A stretch of 64,000 bases of DNA from Gemmatimonadales bacterium (GTDB lineage: Bacteria > Gemmatimonadota > Gemmatimonadetes > Gemmatimonadales > GWC2-71-9), in contig JBBQFH010000002.1 of assembly GCA_038321865.1 (NCBI GenBank), positions 114,582 to 178,581 of the forward strand, read 5' to 3'. The notes under the pieces were generated by a model. It searched no databases and was not told where the DNA came from. It saw only the letters and a list, made by a program, of their open reading frames with translations. This document shows positions 40,390 through 52,483 of the stretch, in pieces. Position 1 is the stretch's first letter; each line of letters starts with the position of its first letter. Made by a program: the position numbers and the translations under genes.

Positions 40390-41440
40390 CGAGCTGCTCC
40401 TGGCGGCTCGCCATCCGCAGCGCATCCACCATCTCGTCCAGCTGACCGTTCATGACGTCTGCGAGATTGTGCACCGAGAGGTTGATGCGATGGTCGGTGA
40501 CCCGGCTCTGGGGATAATTGTAGGTCCGGATCTTGGCGGACCGATCTCCGGTCCCGACCATCGCACGCCGCTCGTGGGCCCGGGCGGCTTCCTGCTGGGA
40601 GATCATCCGGTCGAGCAGGCGGGCGCGCAGCACTTCCATTCCCTTGATCTTGTTCTGCAGCTGTGATTTCTGGTCCTGCTGGCTCACCACCAGTCCGGTC
40701 GGCAGGTGGGTGATTCGCACCGCGCTGTCGGTGGTGTTGACGCTCTGCCCACCCGGGCCTGACGATCGAAAGACGTCGATTTTCAGTTCCTGCGGATCGA
40801 TCTTCACGTCGACCTCCTCGGCCTCCGGCAGGACCGCCACCGTCGCGGCCGAGGTGTGGATGCGGCCCTGCGTCTCCGTGGCGGGCACGCGCTGTACGCG
40901 ATGCACACCGGACTCGCGGCGCAGCAGGCCGAACGCCTCGGGGCCGCGCACGGCGACGATCGCCTCCTTGATGCCGCCCAGGGTCCCCTCGCTCAGCGTA
41001 ATGGTTTCCCACGTCAATCCGCGTCGCTCGGCGAATCGCTGGTACATCCGCGACAGGTCGGCGGCGAACAGGGCCGCCTCGTCACCACCGGTGCCGGCAC
41101 GGATCTCGACGATGGCATCGCGATCGTCGTGCGGATCACGCGGCATGAGCAGGGCGTGCAGCTCAGCCTCGAGCGCCGCGATTTCAGGCGGCAGCCCCGC
41201 AAGATCGGGTCGCGCGAGCGCAACAAGCTCGGGATCGGCCTCTTCGGCCATCTCCCGAGCCTGATTCAGCTGGTCCTGCAGCCGCGCAAGGCGGTCGGCG
41301 ACGCGAACGACCGGCGCCAGCCGGGTATGCTCGCGGCCCAGCAGCTTCAACTGGGCCGGGTCGCGAGTGACCGCGGGGTCGATCAGGAGCCGTGCAACTT
41401 CCTCCGCCCGGCCCAGCGCCTGGCGGAGTCTGGCCTCCAC
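40382..41440 (-). CDS. prfA: Peptide chain release factor 1
   Basis: GGQ motif, PAT anticodon motif, RTYNYPQ.RVTDHR. Confidence 0.97.
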   Translation of the reverse strand: MEARLRQALGRAEEVARLLIDPAVTRDPAQLKLLGREHTRLAPVVRVADRLARLQDQLNQAREMAEEADPELVALARPDLAGLPPEIAALEAELHALLMPRDPHDDRDAIVEIRAGTGGDEAALFAADLSRMYQRFAERRGLTWETITLSEGTLGGIKEAIVAVRGPEAFGLLRRESGVHRVQRVPATETQGRIHTSAATVAVLPEAEEVDVKIDPQELKIDVFRSSGPGGQSVNTTDSAVRITHLPTGLVVSQQDQKSQLQNKIKGMEVLRARLLDRMISQQEAARAHERRAMVGTGDRSAKIRTYNYPQSRVTDHRINLSVHNLADVMNGQLDEMVDALRMASRQEQLDA

Positions 41441-41443
41441 GAA

Positions 41444-41659
41444 CTACGCCTTGGCCGGCGCGTCGGTCTGATACCGCTTGCGAAAGCGATCGACGCGTCC
41501 GGCGGTGTCGATCATGCGCTGCTTGCCGGTGAAGTATGGATGGCACTGGGCGCATACTTCGACGTGGATATTATCCGACGTCGAGCGGGTTTCGAACGTG
41601 TTGCCGCAGGCGCACTTCACAGTCAGCTTCTGGTACATCGGATGGAGATCGGCCTTCAC
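41444..41659 (-). CDS. rpmE: 50S ribosomal protein L31 (Zn-binding type)
   Basis: HP.Y, CACG, C..CHPYFTG, GRVDRF. Confidence 0.96.
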   Translation of the reverse strand: MKADLHPMYQKLTVKCACGNTFETRSTSDNIHVEVCAQCHPYFTGKQRMIDTAGRVDRFRKRYQTDAPAKA

Positions 41660-41729
41660 GGGATAACTCCTTGCAGGTGGCCACGCTCAGAGAAGCGGCG
41701 GCGGCGTACGACTTCGGGACCAGCCGGTC

Positions 41730-41808
41730 AATCTAGCCCGGGTCCGCGGCCGGGAGCAAGGCGGCGGAGCTGGCCTCGATTGACACGGTGGAAAGGTGCA
41801 AGTATCCT
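41730..41808. promoter_or_regulatory. Back-to-back sigma70-like promoters for rpmE (-) and the Crp regulator (+)
   Basis: Minus: TTGCTC-18nt-TAGATT (41759-41730). Plus: TTGACA-17nt-TATCCT (41780-41808). Confidence 0.55.
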
Positions 41809-41853
41809 AACGCCTTACACTTCCATATCGTTCCCGCCACTGACGAGGCGTAC

Positions 41854-42531
41854 GTGCCGCTGACACCGATGCAGGTCTTGAAGAAGGTTCCCCTCTTCTC
41901 GGGACTTTCCGAAGCCGATCTCACGGCGTTCGCCGACCTGACCCGGGAGCGCAGCTACCCCAAGGGCAGCGTCATCGTCTTCGAAGATGACCCGGGTGAT
42001 TCGCTGTACCTGGTCGCCGGCGGTCAGGTAAAGGTCGTACTGATCGCCGAAGATGGCCGAGAGGTGATCCTCTCGGTATTGGGCGAGGGCACATTCTTCG
42101 GGGAGATGGCGGTGATCGACGAGGAGCCACGATCGGCGCACGTGATCGCCATGGACGATTCCAACCTTCTGGTACTCCGGCGCGAGGACTTCCACGCCCG
42201 GCTGCGACAGTCCCCCGAAGTCGCGATCGCACTGCTGAAGGAGATTTCGCGCCGGCTCAGACGGGCTGATGAGAAGATCGGAAGCCTGGTCCTGCTCGAC
42301 GTCAACGGGCGGGTCGCGAACCTGCTCCTTCGCATGGCCGAGGACGAAGGCGGAGACCGGATCACCCGCAAGCTCACTCACCACACGATTGCGCAGATGA
42401 TCGGCTCCAGCCGCGAGACGGTATCACGCACGATGCGCAACCTGGTCGAGCGAGGCATCATTCAGGTGACCCGCAAGGACATTACGCTCAAGGATCGTCA
42501 CTCCCTGATGCTGGCTGCGCGGCGGTCGTGA
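41854..42531 (+). CDS. Crp/Fnr-family transcriptional regulator
   Basis: FFGEM....PRSA cNMP pocket; HTH IAQMIGSSRETVSR. Confidence 0.93.
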   Translation: MPLTPMQVLKKVPLFSGLSEADLTAFADLTRERSYPKGSVIVFEDDPGDSLYLVAGGQVKVVLIAEDGREVILSVLGEGTFFGEMAVIDEEPRSAHVIAMDDSNLLVLRREDFHARLRQSPEVAIALLKEISRRLRRADEKIGSLVLLDVNGRVANLLLRMAEDEGGDRITRKLTHHTIAQMIGSSRETVSRTMRNLVERGIIQVTRKDITLKDRHSLMLAARRS

Positions 42532-42626
42532 TTCGGGTCACCCGGGGCGGGTAACCTCCGCCCCCGCCCCGAGCGCCGCAGCATGCCAGGTTGCTGGATG
42601 CATTTCCGCATACAGCGCCCCGTGCC

Positions 42627-43493
42627 GTGACCTACGACGTCAAGTTCTGGGGCACCCGTGGCTCCATCCCTACGCCCGGGCCGGAAACCGCGCGCTACGG
42701 TGGCAACACCCCGTGCATTACCCTGGCGGGCCCCGGGCCCCTCATCATCCTCGACGCCGGCAGCGGCCTTCGCTGCCTCGGCCATGAGCTCATGCAGGCC
42801 GTCCCGCCCCGCCGGCTGCACGCGGACCTGCTGCTTTCCCACACGCACTGGGACCACATTCAGGGCCTGCCGTTCTTCAAGCCGCTGAGCCAGCCAGGCA
42901 ACGCCCTCTCGATCTTCGGTGCGCCCCAGGAAGGGGTGCCGCTGGAGGAGATCCTGGGCCGGCAGATGGATCCGATGGTCTTTCCCGTTCCGCTCAAGGC
43001 GCTCGCCGCATCGATCCACGTGAACGACATCAGCCCGGGGCGCTTCGAGATCGACGGGTACCGGGTAGACGCTTTCCGGCTTCGCCATCCGGGCACGACG
43101 CTCGGCTACCGGCTAATGCCGCTCGACGGCGGGCGCGAGTTCGCGTATCTCACCGATAACGAGCTCGGCGCCGGCGGCTCGTACGACCTGCCCGCCGATT
43201 GGCGGGACGGGCTCCTGGACGCTCTCGCCGGCGTGGATACGCTGGTGCACGACGCGATGTACTCGGAGGCGATGATTACGGCGCGCGCCGGCTGGGGACA
43301 TTCGACGCCGACCGAGGCGATCGATCTGGCGGCCGCCGCAGGGTGCCGGCAGCTGGTCCTGTTCCACCACGAGCCGGAGCACGACGATCACGACGTCGAT
43401 GAAATGCTCGCCACGGCCCGCCGATACGCCCGCGATACCGCGCCGGCGTTGACCGTCATCGCCGCGGCCGAGGGGATGACGCTTACCCTGTAG
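42627..43493 (+). CDS. MBL-fold metallo-hydrolase
   Basis: WGTRGSIP, SHTHWDHIQGLPFF, GHST, LFHH. Confidence 0.9.
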   Translation: MTYDVKFWGTRGSIPTPGPETARYGGNTPCITLAGPGPLIILDAGSGLRCLGHELMQAVPPRRLHADLLLSHTHWDHIQGLPFFKPLSQPGNALSIFGAPQEGVPLEEILGRQMDPMVFPVPLKALAASIHVNDISPGRFEIDGYRVDAFRLRHPGTTLGYRLMPLDGGREFAYLTDNELGAGGSYDLPADWRDGLLDALAGVDTLVHDAMYSEAMITARAGWGHSTPTEAIDLAAAAGCRQLVLFHHEPEHDDHDVDEMLATARRYARDTAPALTVIAAAEGMTLTL

Positions 43494-43529
43494 TCGCGGC
43501 CTGGCCGCTACCCGAGCTTGGTCTCAGGG

Positions 43530-44537
43530 TCAGAGCAGGACGTCTCTCCCCTCCGCCGCCGATCGGTAGATCGCATCGACGATCTTGTGGAGCGTGACGT
43601 GCTCCTGAAGGGACGGTGCCTTGGCGTCGCCGGCGATTACCGCCTGGAAGTGCGCCCACTCGGCGCGATACGATGCCGTAAAGGCGTTCTCGCGCCCCGC
43701 GGAGCCGGTTGGCGAGACATCCGTCGGGACGCCATTCAGCTCCTTCCACACGGTCAGCGGGTTGATGGCGGCCGTCCCCTTGGCGCCTCGCAGCCCGAGA
43801 CCGAACCGCTCGCCGTCACCGATGTGCCGCCAGGTCACGTCGACGAAAATCGACGCGCCGTTCTCACAGACGACGAAGGCGCTTCCGGACTCCTCGACCG
43901 CTGTCTTCCCGGGAACATCGAGCGACGCGCTCACCCGCGCCGGCTTGGGGTTGCCCGCCAGCCAGAGCGCGAGATCGATGACCGAGAGGCCGAGATCGAG
44001 CATCACTCCACCGCCCGACAATTCCCGCTTCTGCCGCCAGCCCAGCTGGGCCCGGCTCGGGCGGAAGACGTGCCAGCTCCCCCGGACGCTGTCGATCACC
44101 CCAAGCTCCCCGCTCTGCACGAAGCCGCGCACCGTCTGCACGTCAGGGCGGTAGCGGTGGTTCATGCCGACCATCACCGTCTTGCTGCGACGCTCGGCCG
44201 CCTTCACGATCCGCTGCGCCCCGGCGGCGTTCGAGGCGAGCGGCTTCTCGACCAGTACGTGCAGGTCGGCGGAGAGGGCCGCGAGCACGTGCGATTCATG
44301 CAGATGATTCGGCGTGCAGATCACCAGGGCGTCGAGCTCCTCGAAGCGCAGCAGGTCCTCGATGTCATCGAACGCGTCCTTGATCCCGAACCGGTTGGCG
44401 AGCGCGCGCGCCTTGAGCCGGTCCGTGTCACAGATGGCCCGGACCTCCACCGTCTTGAGCTTCTTCAGGATGGGCAGATGTGCCACCTGGACGATGGCAC
44501 CGCCGCCGATGATCCCTACCCTGAGCGGATCGCCCAC
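43530..44537 (-). CDS. Gfo/Idh/MocA oxidoreductase
   Basis: GIIGGG, TPN..H, EKP, GGG.M.D; GAGGAGG SD. Confidence 0.9.
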   Translation of the reverse strand: MGDPLRVGIIGGGAIVQVAHLPILKKLKTVEVRAICDTDRLKARALANRFGIKDAFDDIEDLLRFEELDALVICTPNHLHESHVLAALSADLHVLVEKPLASNAAGAQRIVKAAERRSKTVMVGMNHRYRPDVQTVRGFVQSGELGVIDSVRGSWHVFRPSRAQLGWRQKRELSGGGVMLDLGLSVIDLALWLAGNPKPARVSASLDVPGKTAVEESGSAFVVCENGASIFVDVTWRHIGDGERFGLGLRGAKGTAAINPLTVWKELNGVPTDVSPTGSAGRENAFTASYRAEWAHFQAVIAGDAKAPSLQEHVTLHKIVDAIYRSAAEGRDVLL

Positions 44538-44569
44538 GATTCCTCCTCGCTCGGCCACGCCGGTGGCCT

Positions 44570-45862
44570 TCAGTAAAGGCGCTGCAGCTCGGTTCCCGGA
44601 AAATAGGCGGATAGAATTTCGGGGTAGCGCTGGCCCGCGCGCGCCCGTCCGACCGCTCCCCACTGGCACATCCCCACTCCGTGGCCGGCTCCGCGCCCGT
44701 CGGCGACCAGCCGGGTCACCTGGCCACCCGCGTGCGCCGACGACAGCTCGAACAGGTTGCTGCGCAGAATGTCGCCATTTGTGGTCCGCAGCACCGACCG
44801 GATCTGCTGGCCGTCCACGCGAATGTTGCCCGAGGAGGTGGTGATGGAGAGGGCGGCCACCCGGCCTGACGGGGTTCGACCCACCGGCGTGACGGCAAGT
44901 ATGCGCCCGAGGCGATCGCTCGCCACCACGCGGGACTCGACCAGCGTTCGCGAGAGAATGGTCCGAAGCGCCTCCCCGTTCCACTCATCCCGCCAATGGA
45001 ACCGCGGAGAAATGCTGCAGTACGCCACGCCATCGGGCGCCACGTCGGCGATCGAGCGGAGATAGGGGCGAGCGGCACCGCGGAACGCCTCAACCCCGTC
45101 GGCGGTGCGGCCGCCACAGGTCGAAAAGAAAAATGCATCGATCGGCGACCCGCCTGACGTCACCGCTTCACCGCGTGTATCTCGCACGCTCTGCACCGCC
45201 AGCGTATTTTCCGCCATCACCCCGCCGTACACCTGGTCCACGACCGTGGCGTAGTAGTCGAAACCCTGGGTCCGCCAGCGACCAACGTTCCGGAGGGCGT
45301 ACGTGCGCGACACGACCGCCTGAGCGCGCAGGGCCTCGATTTCACTGGTATCCCGGCGACCCATCTCGCCACCGACGACCCCCGACACGTAATCCTCGAG
45401 CCCGACCCGGTTGACGAGGGTAAGGCCAGTCCGGTCCCGCAGCACGTCGAGCGTTCCCCGGTAATCGCGGCGCCCGACCCGGATCGCGTCGTTCTGGTCG
45501 ACCGGAACGATCGAGATCGCGTCCGCGGGGGTGGACGTCCAGCCGGCGGGACTCACCAGCGCGATGGCCTGGCCGGCGATCACGACCTGCCAGATCTCTC
45601 GCGCGGGGATCTGAACGAACGGCGTGCCGTCCGGCTGGGTGACGCTGAGCGGGGCGCCTCCGCCAATCGTGAGCGAGGCGGCACCCACCGCCAGGCCGAC
45701 CCGGATCTGCGGCTCGGCCCGGCCCGTCGGAGAAAGGGACCCGGGCGCGGGTGCGGTCGGCGTGACAGGGGTCTGCTCGCGGATGCAGCTCACCGCGGCC
45801 GCGGCCAGCGCCGCGGAAGCGACGGCGAGCGCCACCCGCAGGCGGCGTGGGCGGCCGGTCAA
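44570..45862 (-). CDS. SpoIID/LytB-domain protein
   Basis: LEDYV.GVV.GEM, EAL.AQAV.SRTY, DQVY.G, GHGVGMCQWGA. Confidence 0.92.
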   Translation of the reverse strand: MTGRPRRLRVALAVASAALAAAAVSCIREQTPVTPTAPAPGSLSPTGRAEPQIRVGLAVGAASLTIGGGAPLSVTQPDGTPFVQIPAREIWQVVIAGQAIALVSPAGWTSTPADAISIVPVDQNDAIRVGRRDYRGTLDVLRDRTGLTLVNRVGLEDYVSGVVGGEMGRRDTSEIEALRAQAVVSRTYALRNVGRWRTQGFDYYATVVDQVYGGVMAENTLAVQSVRDTRGEAVTSGGSPIDAFFFSTCGGRTADGVEAFRGAARPYLRSIADVAPDGVAYCSISPRFHWRDEWNGEALRTILSRTLVESRVVASDRLGRILAVTPVGRTPSGRVAALSITTSSGNIRVDGQQIRSVLRTTNGDILRSNLFELSSAHAGGQVTRLVADGRGAGHGVGMCQWGAVGRARAGQRYPEILSAYFPGTELQRLY

Positions 45863-46362
45863 CCCCGGTAGTTGCCGAACTTCAGCTCGATGCCGAAGTC
45901 CTGCGCGCGGAGCAGTGCCATGGCGGCCTGCAGATCGTCCTTCGATGGCCCGCTGACCCGGACCTCGTCGCCCTGAATGCTGGTCTGAATCTTCTTCAGG
46001 CCGCCATCCTTGATCGCCTTGACGATCCGCTTGGCCGTATCCTGCGAGATTCCCTGCGTGAGGGTGATCGTGCGGCGCACCGACATCCCGGTCGCCTGCT
46101 CCAGCTCGCCGAGATCGAGATTCTTCACCGGCACACCACGCTTGATCATCTTCGACTGCAACACATCCACCAGTGCATCCATGCGGTATTCGTCATCCGC
46201 GGCGAGTGCAAGGGTTCCCTTGTCCCGGTCGAATGCGATCGTGCAGCTGCTGCCCTTGAAGTCGTAGCGCTGCCCGATCTCCTTGAGTGCCTGATTCACG
46301 GCGTTGTCGACCTCCTGAAGGTCGGCGCCGGTCGAGATGTCGAAGGATGCTGTGGATGCCAT
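45859..46362 (-). CDS. yajQ: YajQ-family c-di-GMP-binding protein
   Basis: SFDI, EVDNA, RYDFKG, IQGDEVRV.G..DDLQ. Confidence 0.93.
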   Translation of the reverse strand: MASTASFDISTGADLQEVDNAVNQALKEIGQRYDFKGSSCTIAFDRDKGTLALAADDEYRMDALVDVLQSKMIKRGVPVKNLDLGELEQATGMSVRRTITLTQGISQDTAKRIVKAIKDGGLKKIQTSIQGDEVRVSGPSKDDLQAAMALLRAQDFGIELKFGNYRG

Positions 46363-46418
46363 GGGCCGTGGAATGGAGATGAAGCCGGACGGATCCGGCA
46401 CTGGGATGCCGCGGGTGG

Positions 46419-47288
46419 TCAGGCCAGGAAGCTCTCCAGCGCGCGCGCCCGGCTGACATGCCGGAGCCGGCTCAGCGCCTTTTCCTTGATCTGACGCACC
46501 CGCTCACGGGTGATGCCGAGGAGGCTGCCGATCTCCTCCAGCGTCATCGGCTCCGGCCCGTCCAGGCCGAAGTACAGGCGGAGGATCTTCGCCTCCCGCT
46601 CCTTGAGGGTGGAGAGGACCTCCTCGATCGATTCGGTCAGCGCGTGCTCGAACGTCTCCGAATCCGGCCCCGGGTTCTGGGTGTCGGGGAGGTAGTCGAG
46701 CAGCTTGTTGTCCTCGCCGGGGGTGAGCGGCGCGTCGAGTGACAGATGGTTCTGCGAAATGGAGAGGGTCTTCTGCACCTCTTCCATCGTGATGTCCATC
46801 CCCTCGGCGATCTCCGAGGGCGTGGGCTCCCGGCCCAGCTCCTGGAGCAGCGCCGACGAGCGCTTGCCGATGCGGTGCAGCGTGCCGGCGCGGTTGAGCG
46901 GGACACGAACGATGCGGCTCTGCTCGGCCAGCGCCTGCAGAATCGCCTGGCGAATCCACCAGACCGCGTAGGAGATGAACTTGATCCCCTTGGTCTCGTC
47001 GAATTTGTGCGCGGCGCGGATGAGACCGAGATTGCCTTCGTTAATCAGATCGGCGAGGGACACGCCCTGATTCTGATACTTCTTGGCGACCGATACGACG
47101 AACCGCAGGTTGCTGCGGACCAGCTTGTCGAGCGCTTCCTCTTCTCCCTTGCGGATCCGCTGTGCAAGCGTGACTTCCTCGGTCTGCGGAATGAGCGGAT
47201 AGCGGCTGATTTCGCGCAGGTACTGGTCGAGTGACCCCTCGTCGAACGATGGGCCGCGCTTGCCGGAACCAACCTGCATTGGGCGCAT
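46419..47288 (-). CDS. Sigma70 factor, RpoD/SigA family without region 1.1
   Basis: YL.EI, NLRFVVSVAKKY, FISYAVWWIRQAI, TRERVRQI. Confidence 0.92.
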   Translation of the reverse strand: MRPMQVGSGKRGPSFDEGSLDQYLREISRYPLIPQTEEVTLAQRIRKGEEEALDKLVRSNLRFVVSVAKKYQNQGVSLADLINEGNLGLIRAAHKFDETKGIKFISYAVWWIRQAILQALAEQSRIVRVPLNRAGTLHRIGKRSSALLQELGREPTPSEIAEGMDITMEEVQKTLSISQNHLSLDAPLTPGEDNKLLDYLPDTQNPGPDSETFEHALTESIEEVLSTLKEREAKILRLYFGLDGPEPMTLEEIGSLLGITRERVRQIKEKALSRLRHVSRARALESFLA

Positions 47289-47409
47289 GAAGTCGACCTC
47301 GTGGCGAGACCCGAGCGGCCGGATCTCGCGTGCATGACAGAGCGATTGCGGTGATACGGAACCTTACCCTCCGCTGACGGCGCGCGCAACCGGCTCCGGC
47401 GGCGAAGCT

Positions 47410-48897
47410 TCAGACGTCGTACGTGTCGATCTGTGCGCGCTGCAGACGCCCTGAATAGTCGACGTAGCAGACCTTCGTTTCCGAGTAGAACTCGTACACT
47501 TCCCAGCCCCCTTCGCGATGGCCGTTGCCGGTCGCCTTGACGCCTCCGAACGGCATGTGCGCTTCCGCGCCGATGGTCGGCGCATTCACGTACGTAATGC
47601 CGTTGTCGAGGAGCTCGAGGGCCCGAAAGGCACGATTCACATCGCCGGTATAGATCGAGCTCGACAGGCCATAGCGCACACCGTTGTTGACGCGGACGGC
47701 ATCATCGAATGAATTGACGCGCACGACACTCAGCACCGGCCCGAAAATTTCTTCCTGCTCCAGCCGGCTCCTGGGCTTGACCCCGGCGAAGACGGTCGGC
47801 CGGTAGAAGTAGCCGCTGGCGAGCCGGCCACCTGGCCGGCGCCCTCCGGTCACCAGCTCGGCGCCTTCTTCCAGTCCGATCTCGACGTAGCGTTCGACCT
47901 TCTCACGCGCCGCCGCGTGGATGAGTGGCCCGACATCGGTCCGTGCCGTCCGCCCGTCCCCGAGCCTGAGCGATTCGGCCGCGTCCGCGACCCGGGCGAG
48001 GAAGCGGTCATGAATCTTTCGGTGGAGGATCAGGCGGCTGGTCGCCGTGCAGCGTTGCCCGGTGGTGCCGAAGGCGCCCCAGAGCACGCCCTCGAGCGCC
48101 AGGTCGAGATCGGCGTCATCCATCACGATCATCGCGTTCTTGCCGCCCATCTCCAGCGAGAGCCGCTTGTGCATGCGGCCGCAGGTTTCCCCGATGAGTG
48201 CACCGGTCTCGGTGGAGCCGGTGAACGAGATCACCGGGACTGCGGGGTGCTCCACGATGGCCCGGCCAACTTCCCCGCCCCCGTGCACCAGCTGCACCAC
48301 CTCGGGCGGCAGGCCCGCCTCGAGCAGGATCTCCACCAGGAGGTGCACAGTGTGCGGGACGTCCTCCGAGGGTTTGATGACGACCGAGTTTCCGCAGAGC
48401 AGCGCCGGGAACATCTTCCACGTCGGGATGGCCAGCGGGAAGTTGAAGGGCGTGACCAGCCCCGCGACGCCGATCGGGCGGCGGTAGCTCATCGCCCACT
48501 TCGAGCGCAGCTCGCTGGGGACGACGTGCCCGAAGAGCCGCCGGCCCTCGGTGGCCGCGTACTAGGCGGTGTCGATACCTTCCTGGACGTCTCCCCGCGT
48601 TTCGGCGAGGACCTTGCCCATCTCGCGGGTCATGGCGTTCGCGATGGCTTCCTTCCGCTCGACCAGCAGGTCGCCCACGCGCCGAAGCACATCGCCGCGT
48701 ACCGGCGCCGGGGTCCGTGACCAGAGATCGAATCCGCGCCGGGCGGAGCGGACCGCGGCGTCGACGTCCCGCGCGGTGGAATCGGGAAAGCGGCCGATCA
48801 GGTCCGCCGTATCGGCCGGGTTTCGATTCTGGAAGTATCGACCCTCGGCCGGCGCGATCCATTCCCCGCCGATGAAGTTGCGAAACGTCTTGGCCAT
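47410..48897 (-). pseudogene. Aldehyde dehydrogenase with one in-frame TAG at 48562-48564
   Basis: The two ORFs are in the same frame (EGIDTA*YAATEGRRLFG); [21 protein letters not shown] and EEIFGP are all intact. Confidence 0.85.
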
Positions 48898-48942
48898 GAT
48901 TCCCGGGCGGTAGGAGTGAGAGAGTTCGGAAGCCGGCGTGCG

Positions 48943-49388
48943 TCAGCCGCAGCGCCAGGAGGCGGGCTGCTTCGCGTAGCCGGTTCTCGGCAACAGCTCG
49001 CGCGCGGCGAGGGCCAGGCTCCAGGTGAGCACGAGCAGCGCCAGCACATGCGCGAAGCCCTGCCGCCGCGCCCACGCCGACCGCGCCGCCCAGAGCCCCG
49101 ACAGGCCGGTCACGGCGACCGCGACCCCGTACAGCGCCAGGTCCAGCCCGCAGGCACGCCCGTAGGGCCAAAACGGTAGCGCCACCGCGAGGGCAACGGT
49201 CACCAGCACGCGCCCCCAGGTGGCCATGCGCTGGCGAGGACCGACACCGGGTACCGGCGCGGGCAAGCGGTCCGCCGGCGGTGCCGGCGCGCGGGGGGCG
49301 GCGGTCGCAGGAGGTTGGGCCGCCGGCGTGGTGGCCATGACCCGATCGATCGCGGCGAGCTCCTTGTCCCAATCCCGCGGCGGCTGGC

Positions 49389-49392
<4 letters not shown>
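48943..49392 (-). CDS. Hypothetical membrane protein
   Basis: Three TM helices; WPY..ACG, LPR.GYA; overlaps the upstream stop. Confidence 0.7.
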
Positions 49393-50752
<1,360 letters not shown>

Positions 50753-50756
<4 letters not shown>

Positions 50757-51382
50757 GGCGGGCCGCCGGCGGAGAGCGTCACGCCGGCCGGCGTCACACG
50801 AATCGCGCTCACGTAGAGAGGCACGCCGAAGGTAAGCGCGCGGCGCGACTGATCGCCCTGCAGCCTGCCCATCAGCCGCGGGATGGCCTCCGGAGGAATG
50901 GGAATGTCGCGGATGCTGCCGCGTTCGACCACCCATTCGGCCATGCCGGCGCGGATGAAGCGCAGCGGACCCTGTGCCTGCACCGGTTCGCGCGCGCGAA
51001 GCGCCGCGCTGAACGGGCCCAGCAGGTCGCGCGGAAGCTGCGCCGTCCGCAGCTGGCCGGTGAGGCCGATTCGGCCCTCGCCCAGCTGCACTCGCAGCGA
51101 ATCGAGCTGCCCGCGGGCGACAGGATCCAGCGCCTCGCGAATCAGCGATGCCATCTCACCGGCGTCGAGCGTGACGGCAGCGGCGCCCGGCCGTCCGAGT
51201 GCGGCGAGCTTTGCCTGCGCCGTGGCGAGCGAAGAAGCGTCCGCACGCCCGCTGCCGGCCGGCGCCGACTGCCCATCGATCGACGCACGCACCCAGCTGG
51301 CGATGCGATCGCGGTAGCGCCACCCGGCCGCCAGGAGCAGCAGCAGGAGCACCAGCATCAGCAGGCGCCGAACGCACCCCAT
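50753..51382 (-). CDS. Hypothetical membrane-anchored protein
   Basis: N-terminal TM; translationally coupled to its neighbours. Confidence 0.65.
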
Positions 51383-51936
51383 CAGCCGCTGAGCCCCACC
51401 GAATACCGGGTCTCATAGCGGGGGCCGGCGGCAGTCAGAATGCTTTCATAGAGCACGACATCGCGCGCGTCGAACGCCCGAGGGGCCACGGTCCTGGCAT
51501 AAGTCTCCAGGCCCTGCAGCGGAAGCCGCTGCCCCTCACGCACGCGACCCAGGGTCACATGCGGCTCAAAGGGAATGCCTTCGCGCGCGAAGCCGATCGC
51601 GTCGCAGGCGTTCTCGAACCGATCACGCAGCGCCGCCAACTCTGCGTTGGGCGCAAATCCCACCCGAAGAATCCGCGGCCGGCGCATCGTGGGAAATGCG
51701 CCCAGGCCGTCGACCGTGAGCGTCAGGGGACCGGTGGGCGCGGCCGCGAGGCGGAGCGCTTCCGCGATCACGTCCAGACGCTCGTCCGGCACTTCGCCGA
51801 AGAACTTCACGGTGATGTGCACGACCTCGTCGCCGACCCAGCGCACCGGCCAGCCGGTGCCACGGAGTGTGCCCAGCAGGCGCAGGATTTCGCCGCGCGC
51901 CGGCTCGCCGAGTGGCACGGCCACGAAGAGGCGCAT
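51382..51936 (-). CDS. thpR: RNA 2',3'-cyclic phosphodiesterase
   Basis: MRLFVAV; two HxT motifs (HITVKF, PHVTLGR). Confidence 0.93.
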   Translation of the reverse strand: MRLFVAVPLGEPARGEILRLLGTLRGTGWPVRWVGDEVVHITVKFFGEVPDERLDVIAEALRLAAAPTGPLTLTVDGLGAFPTMRRPRILRVGFAPNAELAALRDRFENACDAIGFAREGIPFEPHVTLGRVREGQRLPLQGLETYARTVAPRAFDARDVVLYESILTAAGPRYETRYSVGLSG

Positions 51937-52042
51937 CAGGCGTCACGGTGCGGGAAGGGTGACATGCGAGTAACGTAATGCCATCACAGGGCAACGGAAG
52001 CACGTTCGCGTGGCCTGCCGGCGGACCCTCGGATGCGACCTG

Positions 52043-52480
52043 ATGACTCACGATTCGTACCTCCACATCACTGACGCGCTCCGGATTCCGCGAAGCGAGC
52101 TGACCTATCGGGCGACGCGCGCCAGCGGTCCCGGCGGCCAGCACGTCAACAAGAGCTCCACGCGCATCGAGCTCTGGTGGGACGTCGCCGGTTCGCCCAG
52201 TGTGAGCGAAGCGCAGCGCGTTCGCCTGCTCCGCCGCCTCGCGACGCGGGTCGACGGCGAAGGGCTGCTGCGGATCGTATCAACCGAGATGCGGAGCCAG
52301 CTGCGCAATCGGGAAGCTGCCACGGCGCGTCTCTGCGAGCTGCTGGAGGCCGCGCTCCGGGTGCCGAAGCCGCGGCGCAAGACCAGGCCGTCGCGCGCGG
52401 CGAAGGCGGCGCGGCTCGAGTCCAAACGTCGGCGGGCCGACACCAAGGCCCGCCGCCGGCCGGTGGCTGGCGACGAGTGA
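52043..52480 (+). CDS. arfB: Alternative ribosome rescue factor B
   Basis: RASGPGGQHVNK, RSQ..N, basic C-terminal tail. Confidence 0.93.
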   Translation: MTHDSYLHITDALRIPRSELTYRATRASGPGGQHVNKSSTRIELWWDVAGSPSVSEAQRVRLLRRLATRVDGEGLLRIVSTEMRSQLRNREAATARLCELLEAALRVPKPRRKTRPSRAAKAARLESKRRRADTKARRRPVAGDE

Positions 52481-52483
52481 CGT

